From assembly GCF_009914755.1 (NCBI RefSeq), contig NC_060946.1: DNA of 64,000 bases; one strand, 5' to 3'. The notes under the pieces were generated by a model that was not told the origin of the DNA, searched no databases, and saw only the letters and a program-made list of their open reading frames with translations. This document shows positions 42,365 to 56,800 of this stretch, piece by piece. The number at the start of each line of letters is the position of its first letter. Within the stretch, counting starts at the first letter, position 1. This DNA is from the human T2T-CHM13v2.0 reference genome, Homo sapiens. Position numbers and translations under genes: made by a program.

Positions 42365-42438
42365 TGCTGTATCAAAAGAAAGATCCACGTCTGTTAGCTG
42401 ATGCTCTATCAAAAGAAAGATTCACCTCTGTTAGCTGA
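42365..42438. repeat. 37-bp imperfect tandem duplication (1401-bp HOR variant, copy 2)
   Basis: Same junction TTAGCTGA|TGCTCTATC. The second unit reads ...AAAGATTCACCTC.... ORF spacing 42182 to 43583 is 1401. Confidence 0.96.
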
Positions 42439-45400
42439 GTTCACACATCACAAACAAGTTTATGAAAATGCTTCTGTCTAGTTTTTATTTGAAGATATTT
42501 CCTTTCTCACCATAGACCTGAAAGCTGTCCTATTGTTCACTTCCAGATACTACAGAAAGAGTGTTTCAAAACTGCTGTACGAAAGGGAATGTTCAACTCT
42601 GTGACTTGAATGCACACATCACAAAGAAGTTTCTGAGGATGCTGCTGTCTAATTTTTATACGTAATCCCGTTTCCAACGAAATCCTCCAAGCTATCCAAA
42701 TATCCACTTGCAGATTCCACAGAAAGACTGTTTCAAAACTGCTCTGTCAATAGAAAGGTTCAACTCTGTTAGCTGCGTGCATATATCCCAAAGAAGATTC
42801 TGAGATTGCTTCTGTCTACTTTTTATGAGAAGATATTTCCCTTTTCACCGTAGGCGTCAAGGCGCTCCAAATGTCCACTTCCAGATACTACAAAAAGACT
42901 GTTTCAAACCTACTCTGTGAAAGGGAACATTCAACTCTGTGACTTGAATGCACATATCACAAAGAAGTTTCTGAGAATGCTTCTGTCGAGATTTTATATG
43001 AAGATATTCCCGTTTCCAACGAAATCCTGAAATCTATCCAAATATCCCCTCGCAGATTCTACAAAAAGAGTGTTTCAAAACTGCTCTGTAAAAAGAAAGG
43101 TTCAACTCTGTTAGTTGAGTACACACATCACAAACAAGTTTCACAGAATGCTTCTTTCTAGCTTGTAGGGGAAGATATTCCCTTTATCACCATGGGCCTC
43201 AAACCGTCCGAAACGTCCACTTCCATATACTACAAAAACAGCATTTCAAACCTGCTCTAGGAAAGGCAATGTTCAACTCTGTGACTTGAATGCAGACATC
43301 ACAGAGCAGTTTCTGAGAATGCTTCTGTCTAGATTTTATAGGAAGATATTCCCGTTTCCAACGAAATCTTCACAGCTATCCAAATATCCACTTGCAGATT
43401 CTACAAAAAGAGTGTATCAAAACTGCTCTGTCAAAAGGAAGGTTCTTCTCTGTTAGTTGAGTACATACGTCATAAAGGAGTTTCTGAGAATGTTTCTGTC
43501 TAGTGGTTATGGGAAGATATTTGCTTTTTCACCTTAGGCCTCAGAGCGATCCAAATATCCACTTGCACATACTACAAAAAGAGTGCTTCAAAGCTGCTCT
43601 CTGAAAGTGAATGTTCAACTCTATGAGTTGAATGCAAACATCACAAAGACGTTTCCGAGAATGCTTCTGTCTAGATTTGATATGAAGATATTCCCGTTTC
43701 CAACGAAATCTTCAAATCTATCCAAATGTCCACTTGCAGATTCAACAAAAAGTGTTTTTCAAAACTGCTGTATCAAAAGAAAGATCCACGTCTGTTAGCT
43801 GAGTTCACACATCACAAACAAGTTTATGAGAATGCTTCTGTCTAGTTTTTATTTGAAGATATTTCCTTTCTCACGATAGACCTGAAAGCTGTTCTAATGT
43901 TCACTTCCATATGCTACAGAAAGAGTGTTTCAAAACTGCTGTACGAAAGGGAATGTTCAACTCTGTGACTTGAATGCACACATCACAAAGAAGTTTCTGA
44001 GGATGCTGCTGTCTACTTTTTATACGTAATCCCGTTTCCAACGAAATCCTCCAAGCTATCCAAATATCCACTTGCAGATTCCACAGAAAGACTGTTTCAA
44101 AACTGCTCTGTCAATAGAAAGGTTCAACTCTGTTAGCTGCGTGCATATATCCCAAAGAAGATTCTGAGATTGCTTCTGTCTAGTTTTTATGGGAAGATAT
44201 TTCCCTTTTCACCGTAGGCGTCAAGGCGCTCCAAATGTCCACTTCCAGATACTACAAAAAGAGTGTTTCAAACCTACTCTGTGAAAGGGAATATTCAACT
44301 CAGTGATTTGAATGCACATATCACAAAGAAGTTTCTGAGAATGCTTCTGTCGAGATTTTATATGAAGATATTCCCGTTTCCAACGAAATCCTGAAATCTA
44401 TCCAAATATCCCCTCGCAGATTCTACAAAAAGAGTGTTTCAAAACTGCTCTGTAAAAAGAAAGGTTCAACTCTGTTAGTTGAGTACACACATCACAAACA
44501 AGTTTCACAGAATGCTTCTTTCTAGCTTGTAGGGGAAGATATTCCCTTTATCACCATGGGCCTCAAAGCGTCCGAAACGTCCACTTCCATATACTACAAA
44601 AAGAGCGTTTCAAACCTGCTCTAGGAAAGGCAATGTTCAACTCTGTGACTTGAATGCAGACATCACAGAGTAGTTTCTGAGAATGCTTCTGTCTAGATAT
44701 TATAGGAGGATATTCCCGTTTCCAATGAAATCTTCACAGCTATCCAAATATCCACTTGCAGATTCTACAAAAAGAGTGTATCAAAACTGCTCTGTCAAAA
44801 GGAAGGTTCTTCTCTGTTAGGTGAGTGCATACGTCATAAAGGAGTTTCTGAGAATGTTTCTGTCTAGTGGTTATGGGAAGATATTTGCTTTTTCACCGTA
44901 GGCCTCACAGCGCTCCAAATATCCACTTGCACATACTACAAAAAGAGTGCTTCAAAGCTGCTCTCTGAAACGGAATGTTCAACTCTATGAGTTGAATGCA
45001 AACATCACAAAGACGTTTCTGAGAATGCTTCTGTCTAGATTTGATATGAAGATATTCCCGTTTCCAACGAAATCTTCAAATCTATCCAAATGTCCACTTG
45101 CAGATTCAACAAAAAGTGTTTTTCAGAACTGCTCTATCAAAAGAAAGATCCACCTCTGTTAGCTGAGTTCACACATCACAAACAAGTTTATGAAAATGCT
45201 TCTGTCTAGTTTTTATTTGAAGATATTTCCTTTCTCACCATAGACCTGAAAGCTGTCCTAATGTTCACTTCCAGATACTACAGAAAGAGTGTTTCAAAAC
45301 TGCTGTACGAAAGGGAATGTTCAACTCTGTGACTTGAATGCACACATCACAAAGAAGTTTCTGAGGATGCTGCTGTCTACTTTTTATACGTAATCCCGTT

Positions 45401-48400
45401 TCCAACGAAATCCTCCAAGCTATCCAAATATCCACTTGCAGATTCCACAGAAAGACTGTTTCAAATCTGCTCAGTCAATAGAAAGGTTCAACTCTGTTAG
45501 CTGCGTGCATATATCCCAAAGAAGATTCTGAGATTGCTTCTGTCTAGTTTTTATGGGAAGATATTTCCCTTTTCACCGTAGGCGTCAAGGCGCTCCAAAT
45601 GTCCACTTCCAGATACTACAAAAAGAGTGTTTCAAACCTACTCTGTGAAAGGGAATATTCAACTCTGTGACTTGAATGCACATATCACAAAGAAGTTTCT
45701 GAGAATGCTTCTGTCGAGATTTTATATGAAGATATTCCCGTTTCCAACGAAATCCTGAAATCTATCCAAATATCCCCTCGCAGATTCTTCAAAAAGAGTG
45801 TTTCAATACTGCTCTGTAAAAATAAAGGTTCAACTCTGTTAGTTGAGTACACACATCACAAACAAGTTTCACAGAATGCTTCTTTCTAGCTTGTAGGGGA
45901 AGATATTCCCTTTATCACCATGGGCCTCAAACCGACCGAAACGTCCACTTCCATATACTACAAAAAGAGCGTTTCAAACCTGCTCTATGAAAGGCAATGT
46001 TCAACTCTGTGACTTGAATGCAGACATCACAGAGCAGTTTCTGAGAATGCTTCTGTCTAGATTTTATAGGAAGATATTCCCGTTTCCAACGAAATCTTCA
46101 CAGCTATCCAAATATCCACTTGCAGATTCTACAAAAAGAGTGTATCAAAACTGCTCTGTCAAAAGGAAGGTTCTTCTCTGTTAGTTGAGTACATACGTCA
46201 TAAAGGAGTTTCTGAGAATGTTTCTGTCTAGTGGTTATGGGAAGATATTTGCTTTTTCACCTTAGGCCTCAGAGCGCTCCAAATATCCCCTTGCACATCC
46301 TACAAAAAGAGTGCTTCAAAGCTGCTCTCTGAAAGGGAATGTTCAACTCTATGAGTTGAATGCAAACATCACAAAGACGTTTCTGGGAATGCTTCTGTCT
46401 AGATTTGATATGAAGATATTCCCGTTTCCAAAGAAATCTTCAAATCTATCCAAATGTCCACTTGCAGATTCAACAAAAAGTGTTTTTCAGAACTGCTCTA
46501 TCAAAAGAAAGATCCACCTCTGTTAGCTGAGTTAACACATCACAAACAAGTTTATGAGAATGCTTCTGTCTAGTTTTTATTTGAAGGTATTTCCTTTCTC
46601 ACCCTAGACCTGAAAGCTGTCCTAATGTTCACTTCCAGATACTACAGAAAGAGTGTTTCAAAACTGCTGTACGAAAGGGAATGTTCAACTCTGTGACTTG
46701 AATGCACACATCACAAAGAAGTTTCTGAGGATGCTGCTGTCTACATTTGATACGTAATCCCGTTTCCAACGAAATCCTCCAAGCTATTCAAATATCCACT
46801 TGCAGATTCCACAGAAAGACTGTTTCAAAACTGCTCTGTCAATAGAAAGGTTCAACTCTGTTAGCTGCGTGCATATATCCCAAAGAAGATTCTGAGATTG
46901 CTTCTGTCTAGTTTTTATGGGAAGATATTTCCCTTTTCACCGTAGGCGTCAAGGCGCTCCAAATGTCCACTTCCAGATACTACAAAAAGAGTGTTTCAAA
47001 CCTACTCTGTGAAAGGGAATATTCAACTCTGTGACTTGAATGCACATATCACAAAGAAGTTTCTGAGAATGCTTCTGTCGAGATTTTCTATGAAGATATT
47101 CCCGTTTCCAACGAAATCCTGAAATCTATCCAAATATCCCCTCGCAGATTCTACAAAAAGAGTGTTTCAAAACTGCTCTGTAAAAAGAAAGGTTCAACTC
47201 TGTTAGTTGAGTACACACATCACAAACAAGTTTCACAGAATGCTTCTTTCTAGCTTGTAGGGGAAGATATTCCCTTTATCACCATGGGCCTCAAACCGTC
47301 CGAAACGTCTACTTCGATATACTACAAAAAGAGCGTTTCAAACCTGCTCTATGAAAGGCAATGTTCAACTCTGTGACTTGAATGCAGACATCACAGAGCA
47401 GTTTCTGAGAATGCTTCTGTCTAGATTTTATAGGAAGATATTCCCGTTTCCAACGAAATCTTCACAGCTATCCAAATATCCACTTGCAGATTCTACAAAA
47501 AGAGTGTATCAAAACTGCTCTGTCAAAAGGAAGGTTCTTCTCTGTTAGTTGAGTACATACGTCATAAAGGAGTTTCTGAGAATGTTTCTGTCTAGTGGTT
47601 ATGGGAAGATATTTGCTTTTTCACCGTAGGCCTCAGAGCGCTCCAAATATCCCCTTGCACATACTACAAAAAGAGTGCTTCAAAGCTGCTCTCTGAAAGG
47701 GAATGTTCAACTCTGTGAGTTGAATGCAAACATCACAAAGACGTTTCTGAGAATGCTTCTGTCTAGATTTGATATGAAGATATTCCCGTTTCCAACGAAA
47801 TCTTCAAATCTATCCAAATGTCCACTTGCAGATTCAACAAAAAGTGTTTTTCAGAACTGCTCTATCAAAAGAAAGATCCACCTCTGTTAGCTGAGTTCAC
47901 ACATCACAAACAAGTTTATGAGAATGCTTCTGTCTAGTTTTTATTTGAAGATATTTCCTTTCTCACCATAGACCTGAAAGCTGTCCTAATGTTCACTTCC
48001 AGATACTACAGAAAGAGTGTTTCAAAACTGCTGTACGAAAGGGAATGTTCAACTCTGGGACTTGAATGCATACATCACAAAGAAGTTTCTGAGGATGCTG
48101 CTGTCTACTTTTTATACGTAATCCAGTTTCCAAAGAAATCCTCCAAGCTATCCAAATATCCACTTGCAGATTCCACAGAAAGACTGTTTCAAAACTGCTC
48201 TGTCAATAGAAAGGTTCAACTCTGTTAGCTGCGTGCATATATCCCAAAGAAGATTCTGAGATTGCTTCTGTCTACTTTTTATGAGAAGATATTTCCCTTT
48301 TCACCGTAGGCGTCAAGGCGCTCCAAATGTTCACTTCCAGATACTACAAAAAGAGTGTTTCAAACCTACTCTGTAAAAGGGAATATTCAACTCTGTGACT

Positions 48401-50585
48401 TGAATGCAGATATCACAAAGAAGTTTCTGAGAATGCTTCTGTCGAGATTTTATATGAAGATATTCCCGTTTCCAACGAAATCCTGAAATCTATCCAAATA
48501 TCCCCTCACAGATTCTACAAAAAGAGTGTTTCAAAACTGCTCTGTAAAAAGAAAGGTTCAACTCTGTTAGTTGAGTACACACATCACAAACAAGTTTCAC
48601 AGAATGCTTCTTTCTAGCTTGTAGGGGAAGATATTCCCTTTATCACCATGGGCCTCAAACAATCCGAAACGTCCACTTCCATATACTACAAAAAGAGCGT
48701 TTCAAACCTGCTCTAGGAAAGGCAATGTTCAACTCTGTGACTTGAATGCAGACATCACAGAGCAGTTTCTGAGAATGCTTCTGTCTAGATTTTATAGGAA
48801 GATATTCCCGTTTCCAACGAAATCTTCACAGCTATCCAATTATCCACTTGCAGATTCTACAAAAAGAGTGTATCAAAACTGCTCTGTCAAAAGGAAGGTT
48901 CTTCTCTGTTAGTTGAGTACATACGTCATAAAGGAGTTTCTGAGAATGTTTCTGTCTAGTGGTTATGGGAAGATATTTGCTTTTTCACCTTAGGCCTCAG
49001 AGCGCTCCAAATATCCCCTTGCACATCCTACAAAAAGAGTGCTTCAAAGCTGCTCTCTGAAAGGGAATGTTCAACTCTATGAGTTGAATGCAAACATCAC
49101 AAAGACGTTTCTGAGAATGCTTCTGTCTAGATTTGAAATGAAGTTATTCCCGTTTCCAACGAAATCTTCATATCTATCCAAATGTCCACTTGCAGATTCA
49201 ACAAAAAGTGTTTTTCAGAACTGCTCTATCAAAAGAAAGATCCACCTCGGTTAGCTGAGTTCACACATCACAAAGAAGTTTATGAGAATGCTTCTGTCTA
49301 GTTTTTATTTGAAGATATTTCCTTTCTCACCATAGACCTGAAAGCTGTCCTAATGTTCACTTCCAGATACTACAGAAAGAGTGTTTCAAAACTGCTGTAC
49401 GAAAGGGAATGTTCAACTCTGTGACTTGAATGCACACCGCACAAAGAAGTTTCTGAGGATGCTGCTGTCTACTTTTTATACGTAATCCCGTTTCCAACGA
49501 AATCCTCCAAGCTATCCAAATATCCACTTGCAGATTCCACAGAAAGACTGTTTCAAAACTGCTCTGTCAATAGAAAGGTTCAACTCTGTTAGCTGCGTGC
49601 ATATATCCCAAAGAAGATTCTGAGATTGCTTCTGTCTACTTTTTATGAGAAGATATTTCCCTTTTCACCGTAGGCGTCAAGGCGCTCCAAATGTCCACTT
49701 CCAGATACTACAAAAAGAGTGTTTCAAACCTACTCTGTGAAAGGGAACATTCAACTCTGTGACTTGAATGCACATATCACAAAGAAGTTTCTGAGAATTC
49801 TTCTGTCGAGATTTTATATGAAGATATTCCCGTTTCCAACGAAATCCTGAAATCTATCCAAATATCCCCTCGCAGATTCTACAAAAAGAGTGTTTCAAAA
49901 CTGCTCTGTAAAAAGAAAGGTTCAACTCTGTTAGTTGAGTACACACATCACAAACAAGTTTCACAGAATGCTTCTTTCTAGCTTGTAGGGGAAGATATTC
50001 CCTTTATCACCATGGGCCTCAAACCGTCCGAAACGTCCACTTCCATATACTACAAAAACAGCATTTCAAACCTGCTCTATGAAAGGCAATGTTCAACTCT
50101 GTGACTTGAATGCAGACATCACAGAGCAGTTTCTGAGAATGCTTCTGTCTAGATTTTATAGGAAGATATTCCCGTTTCCAACGAAATCTTCACAGCTATC
50201 CAAATATCCACTTGCAGATTCTACAAAAAGAGTGTATCAAAGCTGCTCTGTCAAAAGGAAGGTTCTTCTCTGTTAGGTGAGTGCATACGTCATAAAGGAG
50301 TTTCTGAGAATGTTTCTGTCTAGTGGTTATGGGAAGATATTTGCTTTTTCACCTTAGGCCTCAGAGCGCTCCAAATATCCCCTTGCACATACTACAAAAA
50401 GAGTGCTTCAAAGCTGCTCTCTGAAAGTGAATGTTCAACTCTATGAGTTGAATGCAAACATCACAAAGACGTTTCTGAGAATGCTTCTGTCTAGATTTGA
50501 TATGAAGATATTCCCGTTTCCAACGAAATCTTCATATCTATCCAAATGTCCACTTGCAGATTCAACAAAAAGTGTTTTTCAAAAC

Positions 50586-50659
50586 TGCTGTATCAAAAGA
50601 AAGATCCACGTCTGTTAGCTGATGCTCTATCAAAAGAATGATCCACCTCTGTTAGCTGA
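50586..50659. repeat. 37-bp imperfect tandem duplication (1401-bp HOR variant, copy 3)
   Basis: Identical to copy 1, including the GAATGATCC variant. ORF spacing 50403 to 51804 is 1401. Confidence 0.96.
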
Positions 50660-50899
50660 GTTCACACATCACAAACAAGTTTATGAAAATGCTTCTGTCT
50701 AGTTTTTATTTGAAGATATTTCCTTTCTCACCATAGACCTGAAAGCTGTCCTATTGTTCACTTCCAGATACTACAGAAAGAGTGTTTCAAAACTGCTGTA
50801 CGAAAGGGAATGTTCAACTCTGTGACTTGAATGCACACATCACAAAGAAGTTTCTGAGGATGCTGCTGTCTACTTTTTATACGTAATCCCGTTTCCAAC

Positions 50900-53800
50900 G
50901 AAATCCTCCAAGCTATCCAAATATCCACTTGCAGATTCCACAGAAAGACTCTTTCAAATCTGCTCAGTCAATAGAAAGGTTCAACTCTGTTAGCTGCGTG
51001 CATATATCCCAAAGAAGATTCTGAGATTGCTTCTGTCTAGTTTTTATGGGAAGATATTTCCCTTTTCACCGTAGGCGTCAAGGCGCTCCAAATGTCCACT
51101 TCCAGATACTACAAAAAGAGTGTTTCAAACCTACTCTGTGAAAGGGAATATTCAACTCTGTGACTTGAATGCACATATCACAAAGAAGTTTCTGAGAATG
51201 CTTCTGTCGAGATTTTATATGAAGATATTCCCGTTTCCAACGAAATCCTGAAATCTATCCAAATATCCCCTCGCAGATTCTTCAAAAAGAGTGTTTCAAT
51301 ACTGCTCTGTAAAAAGAAAGGTTCAACTCTGTTAGTTGAGTACACACATCACAAACAAGTTTCACAGAATGCTTCTTTCTAGCTTGTAGGGGAAGATATT
51401 CCCTTTATCACCATGGGCCTCAAACCGTCCGAAACGTCCACTTCCATATACTACAAAAAGAGCGTTTCAAACCTGCTCTAGGAAAGGCAATGTTCAACTC
51501 TGTGACTTGAATGCAGACATCACAGAGCAGTTTCTGAGAATGCTTCTGTCTAGATTTTATAGGAAGATATTCCCGTTTCCAACGAAATCTTCACAGCTAT
51601 CCAAATATCCACTTGCAGATTCTACAAAAAGAGTGTATCAAAACTGCTCTGTCAAAAGGAAGGTTCTTCTCTGTTAGTTGAGTACATACGTCATAAAGGA
51701 GTTTCTGAGAATCTTTCTGTCTAGTGGTTATGGGAAGATATTTGCTTTTTCACCTTAGGCCTCAGAGCGATCCAAATATCCCCTTGCACATCCTACAAAA
51801 AGAGTGCTTCAAAGCTGCTCTCTGAAAGGGAATGTTCAACTCTATGAGTTGAATGCAAACATCACAAAGACGTTTCTGGGAATGCTTCTGTCTAGATTTG
51901 ATATGAAGATATTCCCGTTTCCAACGAAATCTTCAAATCTATCCAAATGTCCACTTGCAGATTCAACAAAAAGTGTTTTTCAGAACTGCTCTATCAAAAG
52001 AAAGATCCACCTCTGTTAGCTGAGTTAACACATCACAAACAAGTTTATGAGAATGCTTCTGTCTAGTTTTTATTTGAAGGTATTTCCTTTCTCACCCTAG
52101 ACCTGAAAGCTGTCCTAATGTTCACTTCCAGATACTACAGAAAGAGTGTTTCAAAACTGCTGTACGAAAGGGAATGTTCAACTCTGTGACTTGAATGCAC
52201 ACATCACAAAGAAGTTTCTGAGGATGCTGCTGTCTACATTTGATACGTAATCCCGTTTCCAACGAAATCCTCCAAGCTATCCAAATATCCACTTGCAGAT
52301 TCCACAGAAAGACTGTTTCAAAACTGCTCTGTCAATAGAAAGGTTCAACTCTGTTAGCTGCGTGCATATATCCCAAAGAAGATTCTGAGATTGCTTCTGT
52401 CTAGTTTTTATGGGAAGATATTTCCCTTTTCACCGTAGGCGTCAAGGCGCTCCAAATGTCCACTTCCAGATACTACAAAAAGAGTGTTTCAAACCTACTC
52501 TGTGAAAGGGAATATTCAACTCTGTGACTTGAATGCAGATATCACAAAGAAGTTTCTGAGAATGCTTCTGTCGAGATTTTATATGAAGATATTCCCGTTT
52601 CCAACGAAATCCTGAAATCTATCCAAATATCCCCTCGCAGATTCTACAAAAAGAGTGTTTCAAAACTGCTCTGTAAAAAGAAAGGTTCAACTCTGTTAGT
52701 TGAGTACACACATCACAAACAAGTTTCACAGAATGCTTCTTTCTAGCTTGTAGGGGAAGATATTCCCTTTATCACCATGGGCCTCAAACCGTCCGAAACG
52801 TCTACTTCCATATACTACAAAAAGAGCGTTTCAAACCTGCTCTATGAAAGGCAATGTTCAACTCTGTGACTTGAATGCAGACATCACAGAGCAGTTTCTG
52901 AGAATGCTTCTGTCTAGATTTTATAGGAAGATATTCCCGTTTCCAACGAAATCTTCACAGCTATCCAAATATCCACTTGCAGATTCTACAAAAAGAGTGT
53001 ATCAAAACTGCTCTGTCAAAAGGAAGGTTCTTCTCTGTTAGGTGAGTGCATACGTCATAAAGGAGTTTCTGAGAATGTTTCTGTCTAGTGGTTATGGGAA
53101 GATATTTGCTTTTTCACCGTAGGCCTCACAGCGCTCCAAATATCCACTTGCACATACTACAAAAAGAGTGCTTCAAAGCTGCTCTCTGAAACGGAATGTT
53201 CAACTCTATGAGTTGAATGCAAACATCACAAAGACGTTTCTGAGAATGCTTCTGTCTAGATTTGATATGAAGATATTCCCGTTTCCAACGAAATCTTCAA
53301 ATCTATCCAAATGTCCACTTGCAGATTCAACAAAAAGTGTTTTTCAGAACTGCTCTATCAAAAGAAAGATCCACCTCTGTTAGCTGAGTTCACACATCAC
53401 AAACAAGTTTATGAAAATGCTTCTGTCTAGTTTTTATTTGAAGATATATCCTTTCTCACCATAGACCTGAAAGCTGTCCTAATGTTCACTTCCAGATACT
53501 ACAGAAAGAGTGTTTCAAAACTGCTGTACGAAAGGGAATGTTCAACTCTGTGACTTGAATGCACACATCACAAAGAAGTTTCTGAGGATGCTGCTGTCTA
53601 CTTTTTATACGTAATCCCGTTTCCAACGAAATCCTCCAAGCTATCCAAATATCCACTTGCAGATTCCACAGAAAGACTCTTTCAAATCTGCTCAGTCAAT
53701 AGAAAGGTTCAACTCTGTTAGCTGCGTGCATATATCCCAAAGAAGATTCTGAGATTGCTTCTGTCTAGTTTTTATGGGAAGATATTTCCCTTTTCACCGT

Positions 53801-56800
53801 AGGCGTCAAGGCGCTCCAAATGTCCACTTCCAGATACTACAAAAAGAGTGTTTCAAACCTACTCTGTGAAAGGGAATATTCAACTCTGTGACTTGAATGC
53901 ACATATCACAAAGAAGTTTCTGAGAATGCTTCTGTCGAGATTTTATATGAAGATATTCCCGTTTCCAACGAAATCCTGAAATCTATCCAAATATCCCCTC
54001 GCAGATTCTTCAAAAAGAGTGTTTCAATACTGCTCTGTAAAAAGAAAGGTTCAACTCTGTTAGTTGAGTACACACATCACAAACAAGTTTCACAGAATGC
54101 TTCTTTCTAGCTTGTAGGGGAAGATATTCCCTTTATCACCATGGGCCTCAAACCGTCCGAAACGTCCACTTCCATATACTACAAAAAGAGCGTTTCAAAC
54201 CTGCTCTAGGAAAGGCAATGTTCAACTCTGTGACTTGAATGCAGACATCACAGAGCAGTTTCTGAGAATGCTTCTGTCTAGATTTTATAGGAAGATATTC
54301 CCGTTTCCAACGAAATCTTCACAGCTATCCAAATATCCACTTGCAGATTCTACAAAAAGAGTGTATCAAAACTGCTCTGTCAAAAGGAAGGTTCTTCTCT
54401 GTTAGTTGAGTACATACGTCATAAAGGAGTTTCTGAGAATCTTTCTGTCTAGTGGTTATGGGAAGATATTTGCTTTTTCACCTTAGGCCTCAGAGCGCTC
54501 CAAATATCCCCTTGCACATCCTACAAAAAGAGTGCTTCAAAGCTGCTCTCTGAAAGGGAATGTTCAACTCTATGAGTTGAATGCAAACATCACAAAGACG
54601 TTTCTGGGAATGCTTCTGTCTAGATTTGATATGAAGATATTCCCGTTTCCAACGAAATCTTCAAATCTATCCAAATGTCCACTTGCAGATTCAACAAAAA
54701 GTGTTTTTCAGAACTGCTCTATCAAAAGAAAGATCCACCTCTGTTAGCTGAGTTAACACATCACAAACAAGTTTATGAGAATGCTTCTGTCTAGTTTTTA
54801 TTTGAAGGTATTTCCTTTCTCACCCTAGACCTGAAAGCTGTCCTAATGTTCACTTCCAGATACTACAGAAAGAGTGTTTCAAAACTGCTGTACGAAAGGG
54901 AATGTTCAACTCTGTGACTTGAATGCACACATCACAAAGAAGTTTCTGAGGATGCTGCTGTCTACATTTGATACGTAATCCCGTTTCCAACGAAATCCTC
55001 CAAGCTATCCAAATATCCACTTGCAGATTCCACAGAAAGACTGTTTCAAAACTGCTCTGTCAATAGAAAGGTTCAACTCTGTTAGCTGCGTGCATATATC
55101 CCAAAGAAGATTCTGAGATTGCTTCTGTCTAGTTTTTATGGGAAGATATTTCCCTTTTCACCGTAGGCGTCAAGGCGCTCCAAATGTCCACTTCCAGATA
55201 CTACAAAAAGAGTGTTTCAAACCTACTCTGTGAAAGGGAATATTCAACTCTGTGACTTGAATGCAGATATCACAAAGAAGTTTCTGAGAATGCTTCTGTC
55301 GAGATTTTATATGAAGATATTCCCGTTTCCAACGAAATCCTGAAATCTATCCAAATATCCCCTCGCAGATTCTACAAAAAGAGTGTTTCAAAACTGCTCT
55401 GTAAAAAGAAAGGTTCAACTCTGTTAGTTGAGTACACACATCACAAACAAGTTTCACAGAATGCTTCTTTCTAGCTTGTAGGGGAAGATATTCCCTTTAT
55501 CACCATGGGCCTCAAACCGTCCGAAACGTCTACTTCCATATACTACAAAAAGAGCGTTTCAAACCTGCTCTATGAAAGGCAATGTTCAACTCTGTGACTT
55601 GAATGCAGACATCACAGAGCAGTTTCTGAGAATGCTTCTGTCTAGATTTTATAGGAAGATATTCCCGTTTCCAACGAAATCTTCACAGCTATCCAAATAT
55701 CCACTTGCAGATTCTACAAAAAGAGTGTATCAAAACTGCTCTGTCAAAAGGAAGGTTCTTCTCTGTTAGGTGAGTGCATACGTCATAAAGGAGTTTCTGA
55801 GAATGTTTCTGTCTAGTGGTTATGGGAAGATATTTGCTTTTTCACCGTAGGCCTCACAGCGCTCCAAATATCCACTTGCACATACTACAAAAAGAGTGCT
55901 TCAAAGCTGCTCTCTGAAACGGAATGTTCAACTCTATGAGTTGAATGCAAACATCACAAAGACGTTTCTGAGAATGCTTCTGTCTAGATTTGATATGAAG
56001 ATATTCCCGTTTCCAACGAAATCTTCAAATCTATCCAAATGTCCACTTGCAGATTCAACAAAAAGTGTTTTTCAGAACTGCTCTATCAAAAGAAAGATCC
56101 ACCTCTGTTAGCTGAGTTCACACATCACAAACAAGTTTATGAAAATGCTTCTGTCTAGTTTTTATTTGAAGATATATCCTTTCTCACCATAGACCTGAAA
56201 GCTGTCCTAATGTTCACTTCCAGATACTACAGAAAGAGTGTTTCAAAACTGCTGTACGAAAGGGAATGTTCAACTCTGTGACTTGAATGCACACATCACA
56301 AAGAAGTTTCTGAGGATGCTGCTGTCTACTTTTTATACGTAATCCCGTTTCCAACGAAATCCTCCAAGCTATCCAAATATCCACTTGCAGATTCCACAGA
56401 AAGACTCTTTCAAATCTGCTCAGTCAATAGAAAGGTTCAACTCTGTTAGCTGCGTGCATATATCCCAAAGAAGATTCTGAGATTGCTTCTGTCTAGTTTT
56501 TATGGGAAGATATTTCCCTTTTCACCGTAGGCGTCAAGGCGCTCCAAATGTCCACTTCCAGATACTACAAAAAGAGTGTTTCAAACCTACTCTGTGAAAG
56601 GGAATATTCAACTCTGTGACTTGAATGCACATATCACAAAGAAGTTTCTGAGAATGCTTCTGTCGAGATTTTATATGAAGATATTCCCGTTTCCAACGAA
56701 ATCCTGAAATCTATCCAAATATCCCCTCGCAGATTCTTCAAAAAGAGTGTTTCAATACTGCTCTGTAAAAAGAAAGGTTCAACTCTGTTAGTTGAGTACA

